Assembly (NCBI GenBank): GCA_965243285.1 | Contig: OZ251537.1 | Coordinates: forward strand, 2,057,019-2,121,018 | DNA from: Candidatus Poriferihabitaceae bacterium | Lineage (GTDB): Bacteria; Pseudomonadota; Gammaproteobacteria; Arenicellales; Poriferihabitantaceae | Direction: 5' to 3' | Length of the DNA: 64,000 bases | In this document: positions 9,089 through 19,032 of the stretch, in pieces | How the letters are laid out: each line of letters opens with the position of its first letter | Numbering within the stretch: the stretch's first letter is position 1 | Notes under the pieces: model-generated | What the model was told of the DNA's origin: nothing | The model's input: the letters and a program-made list of their open reading frames with translations, nothing else | Databases searched by the model: none | Position numbers and translations under genes: made by a program

Positions 9089-10393
9089 GTGGGGATGAAT
9101 CTTATCCCCAGCAAATTGTTTGCAGCCCACCTAATCAACGCCATCGAATCCACCATGCACATATCCGCTGCTAACATCCAAGCCCGCCAGCATGGGGCGA
9201 TGGAATATAGCCAGCCGCCCACCGATTTAGACGCCGTGCGGCGCTATCGAGTGGAGCGCGTGCGGCAGCAATTGAAGGCGCGCGAGTACGCCGGCGCGTT
9301 GTTGTTCGACCAAATCAATTGTCGTTATGCTTGCGACGCCACCAACATGCAAGTGTGGTGTTCGCATTATGAAACGCGATGCGTTTTTGTGGCCGCCGAT
9401 GGCCCCATGATTTTATTTGACTATGGCAACTATCCGCACCTCGCCGAAGGCATTTCCACCATTGACGAATATCGCGTGCATAACGCCTTTTATTATTTTT
9501 CCGCCGGCTCGCGCGCGGCCGAAAAGGCGGCGAAATTCGCCGAGGTTATCGCCGATTTAATGGTCGCGCATGGCGGCGGCAATTCGCGTTTGGCGGTGGA
9601 TAGATTATCCGATATAGGTTGCGCCGCCTTGCGCAAACGCGGGCTGTCGATTCATGATGGGCAGGCGGTGTTAGAGCACGCGCGCGCGGTGAAATCGGAT
9701 GGCGAGTTGGCGTTGATGCAAAAATCCATCGCGGTATGCGAGACCGGCGTGCGTCGCATGCGCGAAGCCACGGCGCCGGGCATGACCGAAAACGCGCTGT
9801 GGGCGCTGCTGCACCACGCCAACATCGAGCACGGCGGCGAGTGGCTCGAGACCCGCCTGCTGTCTTCCGGGGCGCGCACCTTTCCATGGTTTCGCGAATC
9901 CTCCATGCGGCGACTCGAAGCCGGCGACATGGTCTGCCTCGACACCGACCTCATCGGCCCCTACGGCTATTGCGCCGATATGTCGCGCTCGTGGATGTGC
10001 GGCGATGCGCCACCGAGCGATGCACAAAAGCGCCTATACGCGCTCGCCCATGCGCAGATCGAATACAACAAATCGATATTAAAAGCCGGCCTGAGTTTTC
10101 GCGAAATAGCGCAAAAAGCATGGCAAATCCCCGATGAATTTATCGACCATCGCTACTCAGTGCTTATCCATGGCGTCGGCCTAGCGGACGAATATCCGAG
10201 CATTCAGCACGCCTGCGATTTCGCCGCCCGCGGTTATGACGGCGTCACGCAAGAGAACATGACGCTGTGCGTGGAATCCTACATCGGCTCGACAAAAACC
10301 GGCCAAGGCGTAAAATTAGAGGAGCAAGTGGTGCTTACCGCCGATGGCATCCGCCAACTCACCACCGACCCGCTGGAAACCGATTGGCTATAA
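9089..10393 (+). CDS. M24-family metallopeptidase-fold protein (creatinase/Xaa-Pro peptidase-like, possibly a DddP-like lyase)
   Basis: 434 aa with a creatinase-like N-domain plus a pita-bread fold C-domain (DTDLIGPYGYCADMSRSW, HGVGLADEYP, ESY). The start is uncertain: GTG 9089, or ATG 9095, 9155 or 9200. Confidence 0.6.
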   Translation: MGMNLIPSKLFAAHLINAIESTMHISAANIQARQHGAMEYSQPPTDLDAVRRYRVERVRQQLKAREYAGALLFDQINCRYACDATNMQVWCSHYETRCVFVAADGPMILFDYGNYPHLAEGISTIDEYRVHNAFYYFSAGSRAAEKAAKFAEVIADLMVAHGGGNSRLAVDRLSDIGCAALRKRGLSIHDGQAVLEHARAVKSDGELALMQKSIAVCETGVRRMREATAPGMTENALWALLHHANIEHGGEWLETRLLSSGARTFPWFRESSMRRLEAGDMVCLDTDLIGPYGYCADMSRSWMCGDAPPSDAQKRLYALAHAQIEYNKSILKAGLSFREIAQKAWQIPDEFIDHRYSVLIHGVGLADEYPSIQHACDFAARGYDGVTQENMTLCVESYIGSTKTGQGVKLEEQVVLTADGIRQLTTDPLETDWL

Positions 10394-10397
10394 TTCG

Positions 10398-10970
10398 ATG
10401 GTGATGTCGATGTCGATGGATTCGGCGGCGCTAGCGGTGAACATGTATATGAGCAAGCTCGAAGTCATCATCGCCGACCCGCGTAGCGCGCCGATTCAAG
10501 CACTGCTGGAGCGCCTCGATGATTACCAGCGTGCGCTGTATCCCGATGCCAGCAATTATTTGGATTCCGCGACCACCTTAGCCGCCGCGTATGTGCATTT
10601 TGTCGCCGCCTACCGCGATAATCGCGTGCTTGGTTGCGGCGCCGTTAAGCGCATGTGCGCCGATGATGTGGATGTTAATGTCGAGGTTGATGTCGATAGC
10701 GGCGCGCCGCAAAAATCAGCGCCTCCGTACGGCGAAATCAAACGCATGTATGTGCAATCCGCGGCGCGCGGTCGGGGCGTGGCGCAAGCCATCATGGCGA
10801 ATTTAGAACACCACGCGCGCCAGCACAAAATCAACACCATGCGCCTCGAAACCGGCACCCTGCAGCCGGCGGCGTTAGCGTTGTACACCGCCTTAGGCTA
10901 TCACCGCCGCGGCCCCTTCGGCGCTTATGCGGATGACCCATGGTCGATCTTTATGGAGAAAACACTCTGA
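10398..10970 (+). CDS. GNAT-family N-acetyltransferase
   Basis: It shows the acetyl-CoA binding motif VQSAARGRGVAQAIM and a C-terminal LYTALGYHRRGPF. The ATG at 10398 was chosen because it does not overlap the upstream gene (the track ORF starts at 10344). Confidence 0.7.
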   Translation: MVMSMSMDSAALAVNMYMSKLEVIIADPRSAPIQALLERLDDYQRALYPDASNYLDSATTLAAAYVHFVAAYRDNRVLGCGAVKRMCADDVDVNVEVDVDSGAPQKSAPPYGEIKRMYVQSAARGRGVAQAIMANLEHHARQHKINTMRLETGTLQPAALALYTALGYHRRGPFGAYADDPWSIFMEKTL

Positions 10971-11102
10971 TCGAATCCGGCCAATGTTTATCAACCCTAT
11001 TTTTTCGCTACGGGTTTTGGATTTTTATTTTCAATATCGATTAAAAAGTCAGGCGATAAATTTATCGCTAAAAAAATTTCAATAATACAAATTAAAAATA
11101 GG

Positions 11103-12767
11103 ATGAAAACAACACCTGCCGAATGGGATTACATCATCATCGGCGCCGGCTCGGCGGGTTGCGTGTTGGCGAATCGATTGAGCGAAGAGGGCGGCAGGCG
11201 CATTTTGTTACTCGAATACGGCGGCAGCGACCGCAGTATTTTCATTCAAATGCCGACCGCGCTATCCATACCGATGAACACCCACCGCTTCGCCTGGCAA
11301 TTTTATTCAGAGCCCGAGCCGTGGCTGAACAACCGCCGCATGCACTGCCCGCGCGGCAAAGTGTTGGGCGGCTCATCGTCGATAAACGGCATGGTGTATG
11401 CGCGCGGCCACGCTTGGGATTTTGACCAATGGGCGCAAAGCGGCGCCGCCGGCTGGGATTATCGCCACTGCCTGCCGTACTTCAAGCGCGCCGAAGATTG
11501 GACTTTCGGCGGCGATGACTATCGCGCCGAAGGCGGGCCGCTCGGGGTTTGCAACGGCAACAACATGCGCAACCCCTTATATCGCGCCTTTATCGAGGCC
11601 GGCGTCGAGGCCGGTTATGCGCGCAGCGCCGATTACAACGGCCGCCGCCAAGAGGGTTTTGACCGCATGCATATGACGGTGCGCGACGGCGCGCGCTGCT
11701 CCACCGCCGGCGCGTATTTGAAGCCAGCGCGGCGCCGCGCCAATTTAAAAGTGCAAACCGGCGCGCTCATGCATCGCATTTTATTGCGCGATAAAAAAGC
11801 CACTGGTGTCGAATACAGTTTGGGCGATAAAAAAATGACCGCCACGGCGCGCCGCGAAATTATTATCTGCGCCGGCGCCATCGGCTCGCCGCAATTGTTG
11901 CAGCGCTCCGGTATCGGGCCGGCGGCGGTATTGCAAAATGCCGGCATCGATGTGGCGCATGATTTGCCTGGGGTAGGGGAAAATTTACAAGACCACCTCG
12001 AGTTTTATTTTCAATTTCGTTGCCGACTGCCCATCACCTTAAATAGTCAACTCAACTGGTGGCGCAAATTTTTAATCGGCGCGCGTTGGAGTTTATTCAA
12101 AAGCGGATTAGGCGCCACCAATCATTTTGAATCTTGCGCTTTTATCCGCTCGCGCGCCGGGCTAAAAGCGCCGGATATTCAATATCACTTTTTGCCCGGA
12201 GCCATGCGCTATGACGGCCAGGCGGCCTTTGATGGGCATGGTTTTCAGGTGCATGTGGGCCACAACAAGCCGCAGAGTCGCGGTCGCGTGCGCATTAAAT
12301 CGCCGCGCCCGCTGCATAAACCGTCGATTTTATTCAATTACTTACAAGCCGAAGCCGACCGCGAAGGTTTTCGCCAATGCGTGCGCCTGACGCGGGAAAT
12401 CATGGCGCAAAATGCCATGATGCCCTATCGCCGGGCGGAAATTCAGCCCGGGATAAGCGTGCAGAACGATGCCGACATCGATGCCTTCGTGCGCGCCTCG
12501 GTCGAAAGCGCCTATCATCCCTCATGCACTTGCAAGATGGGCGAAGATGCCATGGCGGTGGTGGATTCATGCACCCGCGTGCGCGGAATCGATCGCTTGC
12601 GGGTGGTGGATTCCTCCATTTTTCCCACCATCACCAATGGCAATCTCAACGCCCCGACCATCATGGTCGCCGAACGCGCCGCCGACCTGATTAAAGGTAA
12701 GGGCATGTTGCCGCCGTGCGATGCGGAAGTGGAACTGGCGACGGATTGGGCTGATCGGCAGCGGTGA
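11103..12767 (+). CDS. betA: Choline dehydrogenase (GMC oxidoreductase)
   Basis: N-terminal FAD motif [38 protein letters not shown] and [16 protein letters not shown] closely parallel E. coli BetA. C-terminal GMC signature HPSCTCKMG. Confidence 0.75.
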   Translation: MKTTPAEWDYIIIGAGSAGCVLANRLSEEGGRRILLLEYGGSDRSIFIQMPTALSIPMNTHRFAWQFYSEPEPWLNNRRMHCPRGKVLGGSSSINGMVYARGHAWDFDQWAQSGAAGWDYRHCLPYFKRAEDWTFGGDDYRAEGGPLGVCNGNNMRNPLYRAFIEAGVEAGYARSADYNGRRQEGFDRMHMTVRDGARCSTAGAYLKPARRRANLKVQTGALMHRILLRDKKATGVEYSLGDKKMTATARREIIICAGAIGSPQLLQRSGIGPAAVLQNAGIDVAHDLPGVGENLQDHLEFYFQFRCRLPITLNSQLNWWRKFLIGARWSLFKSGLGATNHFESCAFIRSRAGLKAPDIQYHFLPGAMRYDGQAAFDGHGFQVHVGHNKPQSRGRVRIKSPRPLHKPSILFNYLQAEADREGFRQCVRLTREIMAQNAMMPYRRAEIQPGISVQNDADIDAFVRASVESAYHPSCTCKMGEDAMAVVDSCTRVRGIDRLRVVDSSIFPTITNGNLNAPTIMVAERAADLIKGKGMLPPCDAEVELATDWADRQR

Positions 12768-12874
12768 TTGATATAACGAAATCGATGTAATTTAATGATG
12801 TAATTAAATTGATATATCTAAAATAGGACTTTATATACCTACATATATAAATTTCTAAAATCAAATCGACAACG

Positions 12875-14491
12875 CTATTTACCACTTACCGCCTTCACCT
12901 CGTGGCGGGCGAATATGCTCGGCAGTTCCTGCAACGCGGTTTTGCCGAGTGGGGTGCGCGGTAATTCATCCACTAAGGCGTAACGGGTGATGCGGTTGTG
13001 GGCTGAAGTGAGGGCGTTGAAGGCGGCTAACGCGGCGCGTGCATCGGGTATTTGGCAGTCGGCGGCGCTGTGCATGGCGAGCACGCACGCCGGCCGCATA
13101 TCGCATTCCAGCACCCCGGCTTCCTTGATGTTGGGGTCGCGTTCCAGCAGCGTTTCTAATTCCTCGGGGTATATATTTTTGCCGGCTTCGGTCACGATTA
13201 ACCGTTTGGCGCGACCGCTCAACACCAGCCGACCGCGCGCATCTAAATGGCCGAGGTCGCCGCTTTTGAACCAGCCGTCTTGCAATGCGGCGGCGTTTTG
13301 CTGGGCGTTTTCATAGCCGAGCATCACATTGGGGCCTTTGATCCAAACTTCGCCGCTGCCTTGGGCATCAGGGCGGTGAATTTTCACCTGTACATCGGCG
13401 ATGGGCGGGCCGACGCTCGCTAACGCCGCATCCGAGCCATCGATGTCGGTTTGAATGCAAGTCAGCGGCGCCGTTTCGGTTAGCCCATAGCCCTGGCGCA
13501 GCGGCAGGCCGAGGTCGTGATAGCGGCGGCTGATGCGGTTGTCGAGATGCGAGCCGCCGCTGACCCAGGCGGTGATGTGGCCGCCGAATTTTTTGCGCAA
13601 CGGGGCGTTTATGCGCCGCCGCAGCCACATTGGGGCGCGCTTCAACACGCCGCGATAGGCCGCTAATGCCACGCCGCCGGCGGCGAATTTTTTATCCAGC
13701 CCGAGCATGACATTGCGAAACAAACGCGGCACGGCGATGACCACGGAGATTTTTTCGCCTTGTAAGGTCTCCAAAATTTCCGCCGCCGCTAACGCCTTGG
13801 GCGCGACTATGGCGGCGCCGCAATACAGCGGCAACAGCATAGTCCCCAACAATCCCATGGCGTGGGAAAAGGGCAGCAGGGAGATGAAGCGGTCGTGCGC
13901 GCCGAAGCGCTCGATGCGCGCCGCGCAGCGCACATTGGAGGCAAAATTGCCATGCGATAAGCGCACCACTTTGGGCGGCCCGGCGCTGCCGGAGGTATAG
14001 ATTCGCGCCGCGAGGTGGTCGGCGCGGGCGGATTCGGGCGTTATCGGGGCGGCATTTTCGCGCCCCACGGCGGCCGCATCGATGGATAAATCTATCGCCA
14101 TCACTGCTCGATAGTCGATGCGGTCGCGCAGCGCTTCATCGATAAGCAGCAGTTTCGGCGCCACCGCTTGTAATTGCCGGGCGATGTCATACTCGCTATT
14201 TTCGCTGTGGATGGGGGCGATATTGGCGCCGATTTTCCACGCCGCTAACGCCGCCACGGTGAATTCGGGCCCGTTGGCGGCCATGATGCCGACGGTGTCG
14301 CCGCCGCCGATGCGGAGGTCGTGGTGGCGCAGCGCATGGGCCAAGGTCAGCGCGCCATCGCGCAACTGCGCATAGGTCACCACCCGCCGCCCTTCGCGCC
14401 GGCGGCAAATCCAGGCCGCGCGCGCCTGGTGTTTTCGCAATGCGGGCTGCAACAACAACCACAGATTGTCGAGCTTGTCGGGGGCGGACAT
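12875..14491 (-). CDS. AMP-dependent acyl-CoA synthetase/ligase
   Basis: AMP-binding motifs IYTSGSAGPPKVV, GYGLTET, FKSGDLG and GKNIYPEELE. Confidence 0.8.
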   Translation of the reverse strand: MSAPDKLDNLWLLLQPALRKHQARAAWICRRREGRRVVTYAQLRDGALTLAHALRHHDLRIGGGDTVGIMAANGPEFTVAALAAWKIGANIAPIHSENSEYDIARQLQAVAPKLLLIDEALRDRIDYRAVMAIDLSIDAAAVGRENAAPITPESARADHLAARIYTSGSAGPPKVVRLSHGNFASNVRCAARIERFGAHDRFISLLPFSHAMGLLGTMLLPLYCGAAIVAPKALAAAEILETLQGEKISVVIAVPRLFRNVMLGLDKKFAAGGVALAAYRGVLKRAPMWLRRRINAPLRKKFGGHITAWVSGGSHLDNRISRRYHDLGLPLRQGYGLTETAPLTCIQTDIDGSDAALASVGPPIADVQVKIHRPDAQGSGEVWIKGPNVMLGYENAQQNAAALQDGWFKSGDLGHLDARGRLVLSGRAKRLIVTEAGKNIYPEELETLLERDPNIKEAGVLECDMRPACVLAMHSAADCQIPDARAALAAFNALTSAHNRITRYALVDELPRTPLGKTALQELPSIFARHEVKAVSGK

Positions 14492-14565
14492 GGGCGTAAA
14501 TTAGCAAGTTGAGGGGGGTGCGTAAATCTTAAAATCGGCAGGTTATTATGGACCGATAAAATTAG

Positions 14566-15070
14566 GGCAGGTGGATTTTATACAAGATTTATATACCACC
14601 TAAAGGGGCTTACTTGATTGTTGTTTTGCGATTGATTTCGGCTTTAGTTTTTGCTCCACCCTGGTTTTCGAGGGGGAGCCAAAACTGGCGGCTTTTTCGC
14701 CAGTTTTGGTGGGGGGACTTTGGCTTTTCGCTTTTGCTTTTCGCTTTTGCTTTTCGCTTTTGCTTTTCGCTTTCGCTTTTGCTTTTCGCTTTTCGCTTTT
14801 CGCTGTTGCTTTTCGCTTTTCGCTGTGGCTTTTCGCTTTTGACTTCGCTTTTGATTTGCTGTTGGTTTTTACTTTCCCCTCATTTGGGCTAATGGGTTGA
14901 AGATTTAAAGCCAAAATCAAAAAGACCAACCTCAACAGACCCCCCACCAAATCAGGCGATAAGGCTGCCTGATTTGACTCCCCCCAGATGAAGCACGGGG
15001 GGGAGTGAAACGTTAAAAGCCAGAGCCAAAAGCCAAAGCCAAAGCCAAAGCCAAAAGCCAGCCCCCCACC
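14566..15070. repeat. Modular intergenic element, copy 1 (two double-hairpin cores, module C, flanking 6-7 nt microsatellites)
   Basis: Core at 14655-14716 (gctccaccc..gggggagccaaaactggcgg..cgccagttttggtgggggg). Module C at 14876-14910. Inverted core at 14939-15010. CTTTTCG/CTTTTGC repeats lie on the left and GCCAAAG repeats on the right. Confidence 0.85.
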
Positions 15071-15090
15071 ATACCCATACCCAAAAAACC

Positions 15091-15963
15091 ATGCCCAACC
15101 CATCCCTCCCTGAACTCCCCCCCGCCGCCGACATCCAAAAATTAGTGGCCGATGCGTTGCGCGAAGACATCGGCAGCGGCGACTTGACCGCAGATGTGAT
15201 CGACGCCGACTGCATCGCGACTGCGCAATTGATGTGTCGCCAAGGCGCGATGTTGTGCGGCGTGGCGTGGGTGAATGAGGTCTTCGCGCAAGTGGATGAA
15301 ACGCTGGACATCCACTGGGTGCATGGCGATGGCGCTTTCTTGCGCAGCGGCGATATCGTGTGCGAGATAAACGGCGCCGCGCGCGCCATACTCAGCGCCG
15401 AACGCACCGCCATCAACCTGCTGCAGACACTATCGGCGGTCGCCACCGAAACGCGGCGCTATGTGGATGCCGCGGCCGGCTTCGACACGCAGATTATGGA
15501 CACGCGCAAGACCCTGCCGGGCCTGCGCGTGGCGCAAAAGTACGCGGTGGCGGTGGGCGGCGGGCGCAATCACCGCCTGGGGTTATACGACCAAATTTTA
15601 ATCAAGGAAAACCACATCGCCGCGGCCGGCTCGGTGGCCGCCGCCATGGCGCGCGCTAGTGCCATCCATGCCACCGCCGCGCCGCCGCGCCAACCGCAAA
15701 TCGAGGTCGAATCCCTGGTCCAACTGCGCGCAGCCTTAGCCGCTGGCGCGCAATGCATCATGTTAGATAACTTCTCCCCCTCCGCCATGTGCGCCGCGGT
15801 GGAATTGACCCGCGGCCGCGCCACCTTAGAGGCATCCGGCAATGTACGCTTATCATGGGTCGAGCACATCGCCGCCATCGGCGTGGATTTCATCTCCGTC
15901 GGCGCCCTCACCAAAAACATCACCGCCATCGATTTTTCCCTCCGCCTCTCCGTCGCCCGGTGA
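15091..15963 (+). CDS. nadC: Nicotinate-nucleotide pyrophosphorylase (quinolinate phosphoribosyltransferase)
   Basis: Motifs ALREDIGSGDLTA, ERTAINLLQTLS, DTRKTLPGLRVAQKYAV..GGG.NHR.GLYD..LIKENH. Confidence 0.85.
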   Translation: MPNPSLPELPPAADIQKLVADALREDIGSGDLTADVIDADCIATAQLMCRQGAMLCGVAWVNEVFAQVDETLDIHWVHGDGAFLRSGDIVCEINGAARAILSAERTAINLLQTLSAVATETRRYVDAAAGFDTQIMDTRKTLPGLRVAQKYAVAVGGGRNHRLGLYDQILIKENHIAAAGSVAAAMARASAIHATAAPPRQPQIEVESLVQLRAALAAGAQCIMLDNFSPSAMCAAVELTRGRATLEASGNVRLSWVEHIAAIGVDFISVGALTKNITAIDFSLRLSVAR

Positions 15964-15984
15964 TGCGCATCCCGCCGCTTGTAC

Positions 15985-16480
15985 ATATATTTGGCTTTTG
16001 ATTTGGCTTTTGTTTTACTCCCCCCCGCTTCATCTGGGGGGAGTCAAATCTGTCCGAGCCGATAGGCGCGGGCTGATTTGGTGGGGGGACTTTGGCTTTT
16101 GGCTTTAGACTTCGCTTTAGACTTCGCTTTAGACTTCGCTTTTGGTTTTACTTTGCCCCTCATTTCGGCTAATGGGTTGAAGATTTAAAGCAAAAAGCAA
16201 AAAGACCAACATCAACAGTCCCCCCACCAAATCAGGCGATAAAGCCGCCTGATTTGACTCCCCCTAGATGAAGCGGGGGGAGTAAAACGTTAAAAGCCAA
16301 AGCCAAAGCCAAAGCCAAAGCGAAGATCAAAGCGAAAATCAACAGTCCCCCCACCAAATCAGGCGATAGAGCCGCCTGATTTGACTCCCCCCAGATGAAA
16401 CGGGGGGGAGTAAAACGTTAAAAGCCAAAAGCCAAAGCCAAAAGCCAAAAGCCAAATCAAAAGCCAAAGCCAAAATCCCC
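15985..16480. repeat. Modular intergenic element, copy 2 (three cores plus module C)
   Basis: Cores at about 16016-16090 (+), 16218-16290 (-) and 16345-16415 (-). Module C at about 16163-16199. Microsatellite polarity flips at module C. Confidence 0.85.
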
Positions 16481-16492
16481 CTACCAATCCTC

Positions 16493-17437
16493 TTAATCCG
16501 CCGCCAATTCCGCTAGTAACTGCACAAAATCTGGCGGCGGGGGCTGTTGCCATTGCACTAGCGCGGCGCTGATGGGGTGGCGGAGTTCGAGGTGTTCGGC
16601 GTGCAGGGCTTGGCGGGGGAAGGCGGATAAGGCGGCGCGGAGGGCGGGGCTGGCGGCGGGGGGATGTTTGTGACCGCCGCCGTATGATTTATCGCCGATT
16701 AGGGGGAAGCCGCGCCAGCTGAGGTGTACGCGGATTTGATGCGTGCGGCCGGTTTCTAACTGGGCGCGGATGACGCAGTGATGGCGGAATTTTTGCACCA
16801 CGCGAATATGGGTTGCCGCCGGCTTGCCATGGGCGGCGACGCACATGCGGGTGCGGTGATAGGCGTGGCGGGCGATGGGTTGGTCGATGCGCTCGCCGGC
16901 GATTAGCACGCCGTGCGCGGCGGCCACATAGCCGCGGCGCATGCTGCGGTCTTGCAGTTGGGCGATGAGGCGCTGGCGGGCGATTTCGCTGCGCGCCACC
17001 ACCATCAGCCCGGTGGTGTCTTTATCGAGGCGATGCACGATGCCGGCGCGCGGCAGGGCGCGTAATTCGGGGGCGATGTGCAGCAAGCCGTTTAGCAAGG
17101 TGTGCTCGGCGTGGCCGGCGCCGGGGTGCACTACCACGCCGGCGGGTTTGTTGATTACCAAAATGTGCGCGTCCGCGTGGATGATGTCGAAGGGCACAGC
17201 TTGCGCCGGCCAATCGGCCAGCGGCGTCGGCGGGGGGGAGATGTAGACGCGCTCGCCGCCGCGCAAGCGCTGGGTTTGCTGCCCCGGCTCGCCATCGACA
17301 AACGCCGCGCCCTGTTTTAGCCAGCGCTGAATGGTGGCGCGCGAATGCGCTGGTAGCAGAGCGGCCAGGGCCTTATCCAAGCGCGCGCCCTTGTGGGTGG
17401 GCGGAATATGTACGAAAAAAGGACGCGGTTCGCTCAT
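16493..17437 (-). CDS. rluD: 23S rRNA pseudouridine synthase RluD family
   Basis: S4-like N-terminus, catalytic HRLDKDTTGLMVVA, and divergent arrangement with bamD. The start is set at MSEPRPFF (17437). The longer track ORF runs into a tandem repeat. Confidence 0.85.
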   Translation of the reverse strand: MSEPRPFFVHIPPTHKGARLDKALAALLPAHSRATIQRWLKQGAAFVDGEPGQQTQRLRGGERVYISPPPTPLADWPAQAVPFDIIHADAHILVINKPAGVVVHPGAGHAEHTLLNGLLHIAPELRALPRAGIVHRLDKDTTGLMVVARSEIARQRLIAQLQDRSMRRGYVAAAHGVLIAGERIDQPIARHAYHRTRMCVAAHGKPAATHIRVVQKFRHHCVIRAQLETGRTHQIRVHLSWRGFPLIGDKSYGGGHKHPPAASPALRAALSAFPRQALHAEHLELRHPISAALVQWQQPPPPDFVQLLAELAAD

Positions 17438-17440
17438 CGG

Positions 17441-17520
17441 GGGTGATTTTGAGGCTGATTTTTGATGCTGATTTTGAGGTTGATTTTTGAGGTTGATTTT
17501 TGAGGATGATTTTTGAGGAT
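17441..17520. repeat. Tandem array of about 6 units, 13 bp period (GNTGATTTTTGAG)
   Basis: Read directly: gctgatttttgat / gctgattttgag / gttgatttttgag x2 / gatgatttttgag. It lies immediately upstream of the rluD start in the rluD-bamD divergent region. Confidence 0.8.
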
Positions 17521-17644
17521 GAGGGCGATGCACCGATAAGCGTCGATTAGGCGTGCTAAAATACGCTATTATTCGCCGCTGCCGTGCTGCCGCGCCATCG
17601 ATGGCGAGCCGCGGATATTTTCATTCTAAAACGGAATCTTATCC

Positions 17645-18541
17645 ATGTTGATGTTGCCCCGCATGAGGTTTGGAAAAATCGTCGGCCGTAGCGAGTCACC
17701 GCGCCCATCTTTGTTCGCCGCCGCTTCACCCGCCAGCCGCCGGCGGGCGCGATCGGTCGTATGCTGCGTTTTGCTGTCCACAGCGCTGTCCGGGTGCGCT
17801 TGGTTCGGGCAAGACAAGCCCGAAGCCACCGCCGATGAGTTATACGCCATCGCCCGCGATAGCCTGGACGACAAAAACTGGCTCACCGCCATCGAGCAAC
17901 TGCGCGAGGTGGAAGCCAAATACCCCTACGGCGCGCACGCCGAGCAAGCGCAACTCGACACCATCTTCGCGCACTATCGCAGCGACGAAAGCGGTCTCGC
18001 GGTGGCCGCCGCCGAGCGTTTTATCAAACTGCACCCGACGCACCGAGCGGTGGATTACGCCTATTATCTTAAAGGGTTGGCGAATTATCAGGAAGATTAT
18101 TCGCTATTCGGGCGCTTCACCGGGCGCGATGATTTAAGCGACCGCGACGCCAGCATCACCCGCAGCGCGTTGGATGCGTTCACCGATGTGCACACTTTGT
18201 TCCCCGACAGCCGCTACGCCACCGACGCCAAGGCGCGCGCTTTGTATTTGACCAATGTATTAGCCAAGCATGAATTGGCGGTGGCGGCCTATTATTTTTC
18301 GCGCGATGCCAATGTGGCGGTGGTCAATCGCGCCAAAGGCGTGCTCGAGGGCTTCCCCAGCACGCCGTCGGTGGAAGAGGCGCTGGCGTTGTTGGTTTTT
18401 TCCTACCTGCGCATGGATTTGCGCGAATTAGCGGCAGATGCCAAGCGCGTATTGTTGCGCAGTTTTCCCAATAGTGCCTATTTGCAGCAAAATGGCCGCG
18501 CCCTACTGGTGGAACGTTTGCGGAGTTTGGGTTTTTCCTAA
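17645..18541 (+). CDS. bamD: Outer membrane protein assembly factor BamD (lipoprotein)
   Basis: Lipobox LSGC. TPR-like sequence (NWLTAIEQLREVEAKYPYG, YYLKGLANY). Conserved synteny with rluD. Confidence 0.85.
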   Translation: MLMLPRMRFGKIVGRSESPRPSLFAAASPASRRRARSVVCCVLLSTALSGCAWFGQDKPEATADELYAIARDSLDDKNWLTAIEQLREVEAKYPYGAHAEQAQLDTIFAHYRSDESGLAVAAAERFIKLHPTHRAVDYAYYLKGLANYQEDYSLFGRFTGRDDLSDRDASITRSALDAFTDVHTLFPDSRYATDAKARALYLTNVLAKHELAVAAYYFSRDANVAVVNRAKGVLEGFPSTPSVEEALALLVFSYLRMDLRELAADAKRVLLRSFPNSAYLQQNGRALLVERLRSLGFS

Positions 18542-18561
18542 CCAGTAGGGATTTTTCGCTG

Positions 18562-18591
18562 AAAAAACCGCCGCTGATGGCGGTTTTTTTT
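18562..18591 (+). terminator. Rho-independent terminator after bamD
   Basis: aaaaaaccgcc-gctgat-ggcggtttttttt: a GC stem flanked by an A-run and a T-run, so it could act in both directions. Confidence 0.7.
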
Positions 18592-18624
18592 GAGGTTGTG
18601 GGTTTGAATTCCTCGTCGGGGAGT

Positions 18625-19012
18625 GGGGTGATTTTGGCTTTTGCTTTTGCTGTTGGCTTTTGCTGTTGGCTTTTGCTGTTGCTTTCGCTGTTGCTTTCGC
18701 TTTCGTTTTTGTTTTGGCTTTAGCCGAAATAAGATGAACAGGTAAAAATCAACAGCCAAAAGTCACATCAAAATCAACAGCACCCCCCACCAAAACTGGC
18801 GATGAAGCCGCCAGTTTTGGCTCCCCCCTAAAAAGATAGGGTGGAGCAAAGCCTTAACAGCAAAAGCAAAATCAAAAGCAACAGCAAAATCAAAAGCAAC
18901 AGCAAAATCAAAAGCAACAGCAAAATCAAAAGCCAAAGCAAAAAGCAAAATCAAAATCAAAATCAAAAGCCTAAAATCAAAAGCCTAAAATCAAAAGCCT
19001 AAAATCAACCCC
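18625..19012. repeat. Modular intergenic element, copy 3
   Basis: T-rich microsatellites at 18625-18720. Inverted core at about 18775-18850 (ccccccaccaaaactggcgatgaagccgccagttttggctcccccc). 18 bp and 14 bp A-rich tandem units continue to 19012. Confidence 0.8.
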
Positions 19013-19032
19013 CCAACACCCCGACTACGGGG

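Noticed and set aside
14600-15103. Long ORFs encoding Lys/Ala/Ser or Phe/Ala/Leu low-complexity proteins (KAKSKAKS..., FAFRFCFS...). Other examples: 22143-22496, 29411-29812, 34530-34841 and 54136-54557.
   Set aside because: They are translations of the 6-7 nt microsatellites in the intergenic elements. They are open in several frames and on both strands at once, and they lack start context or any domain-like sequence.
14566-16480. The repeat-rich intergenic regions as additional degenerate CRISPR arrays.
   Set aside because: There is no alternation of a fixed repeat with unique spacers of constant length. The units are 6-7 nt microsatellites plus hairpin modules in both orientations, unrelated to the 37 nt CRISPR repeat.
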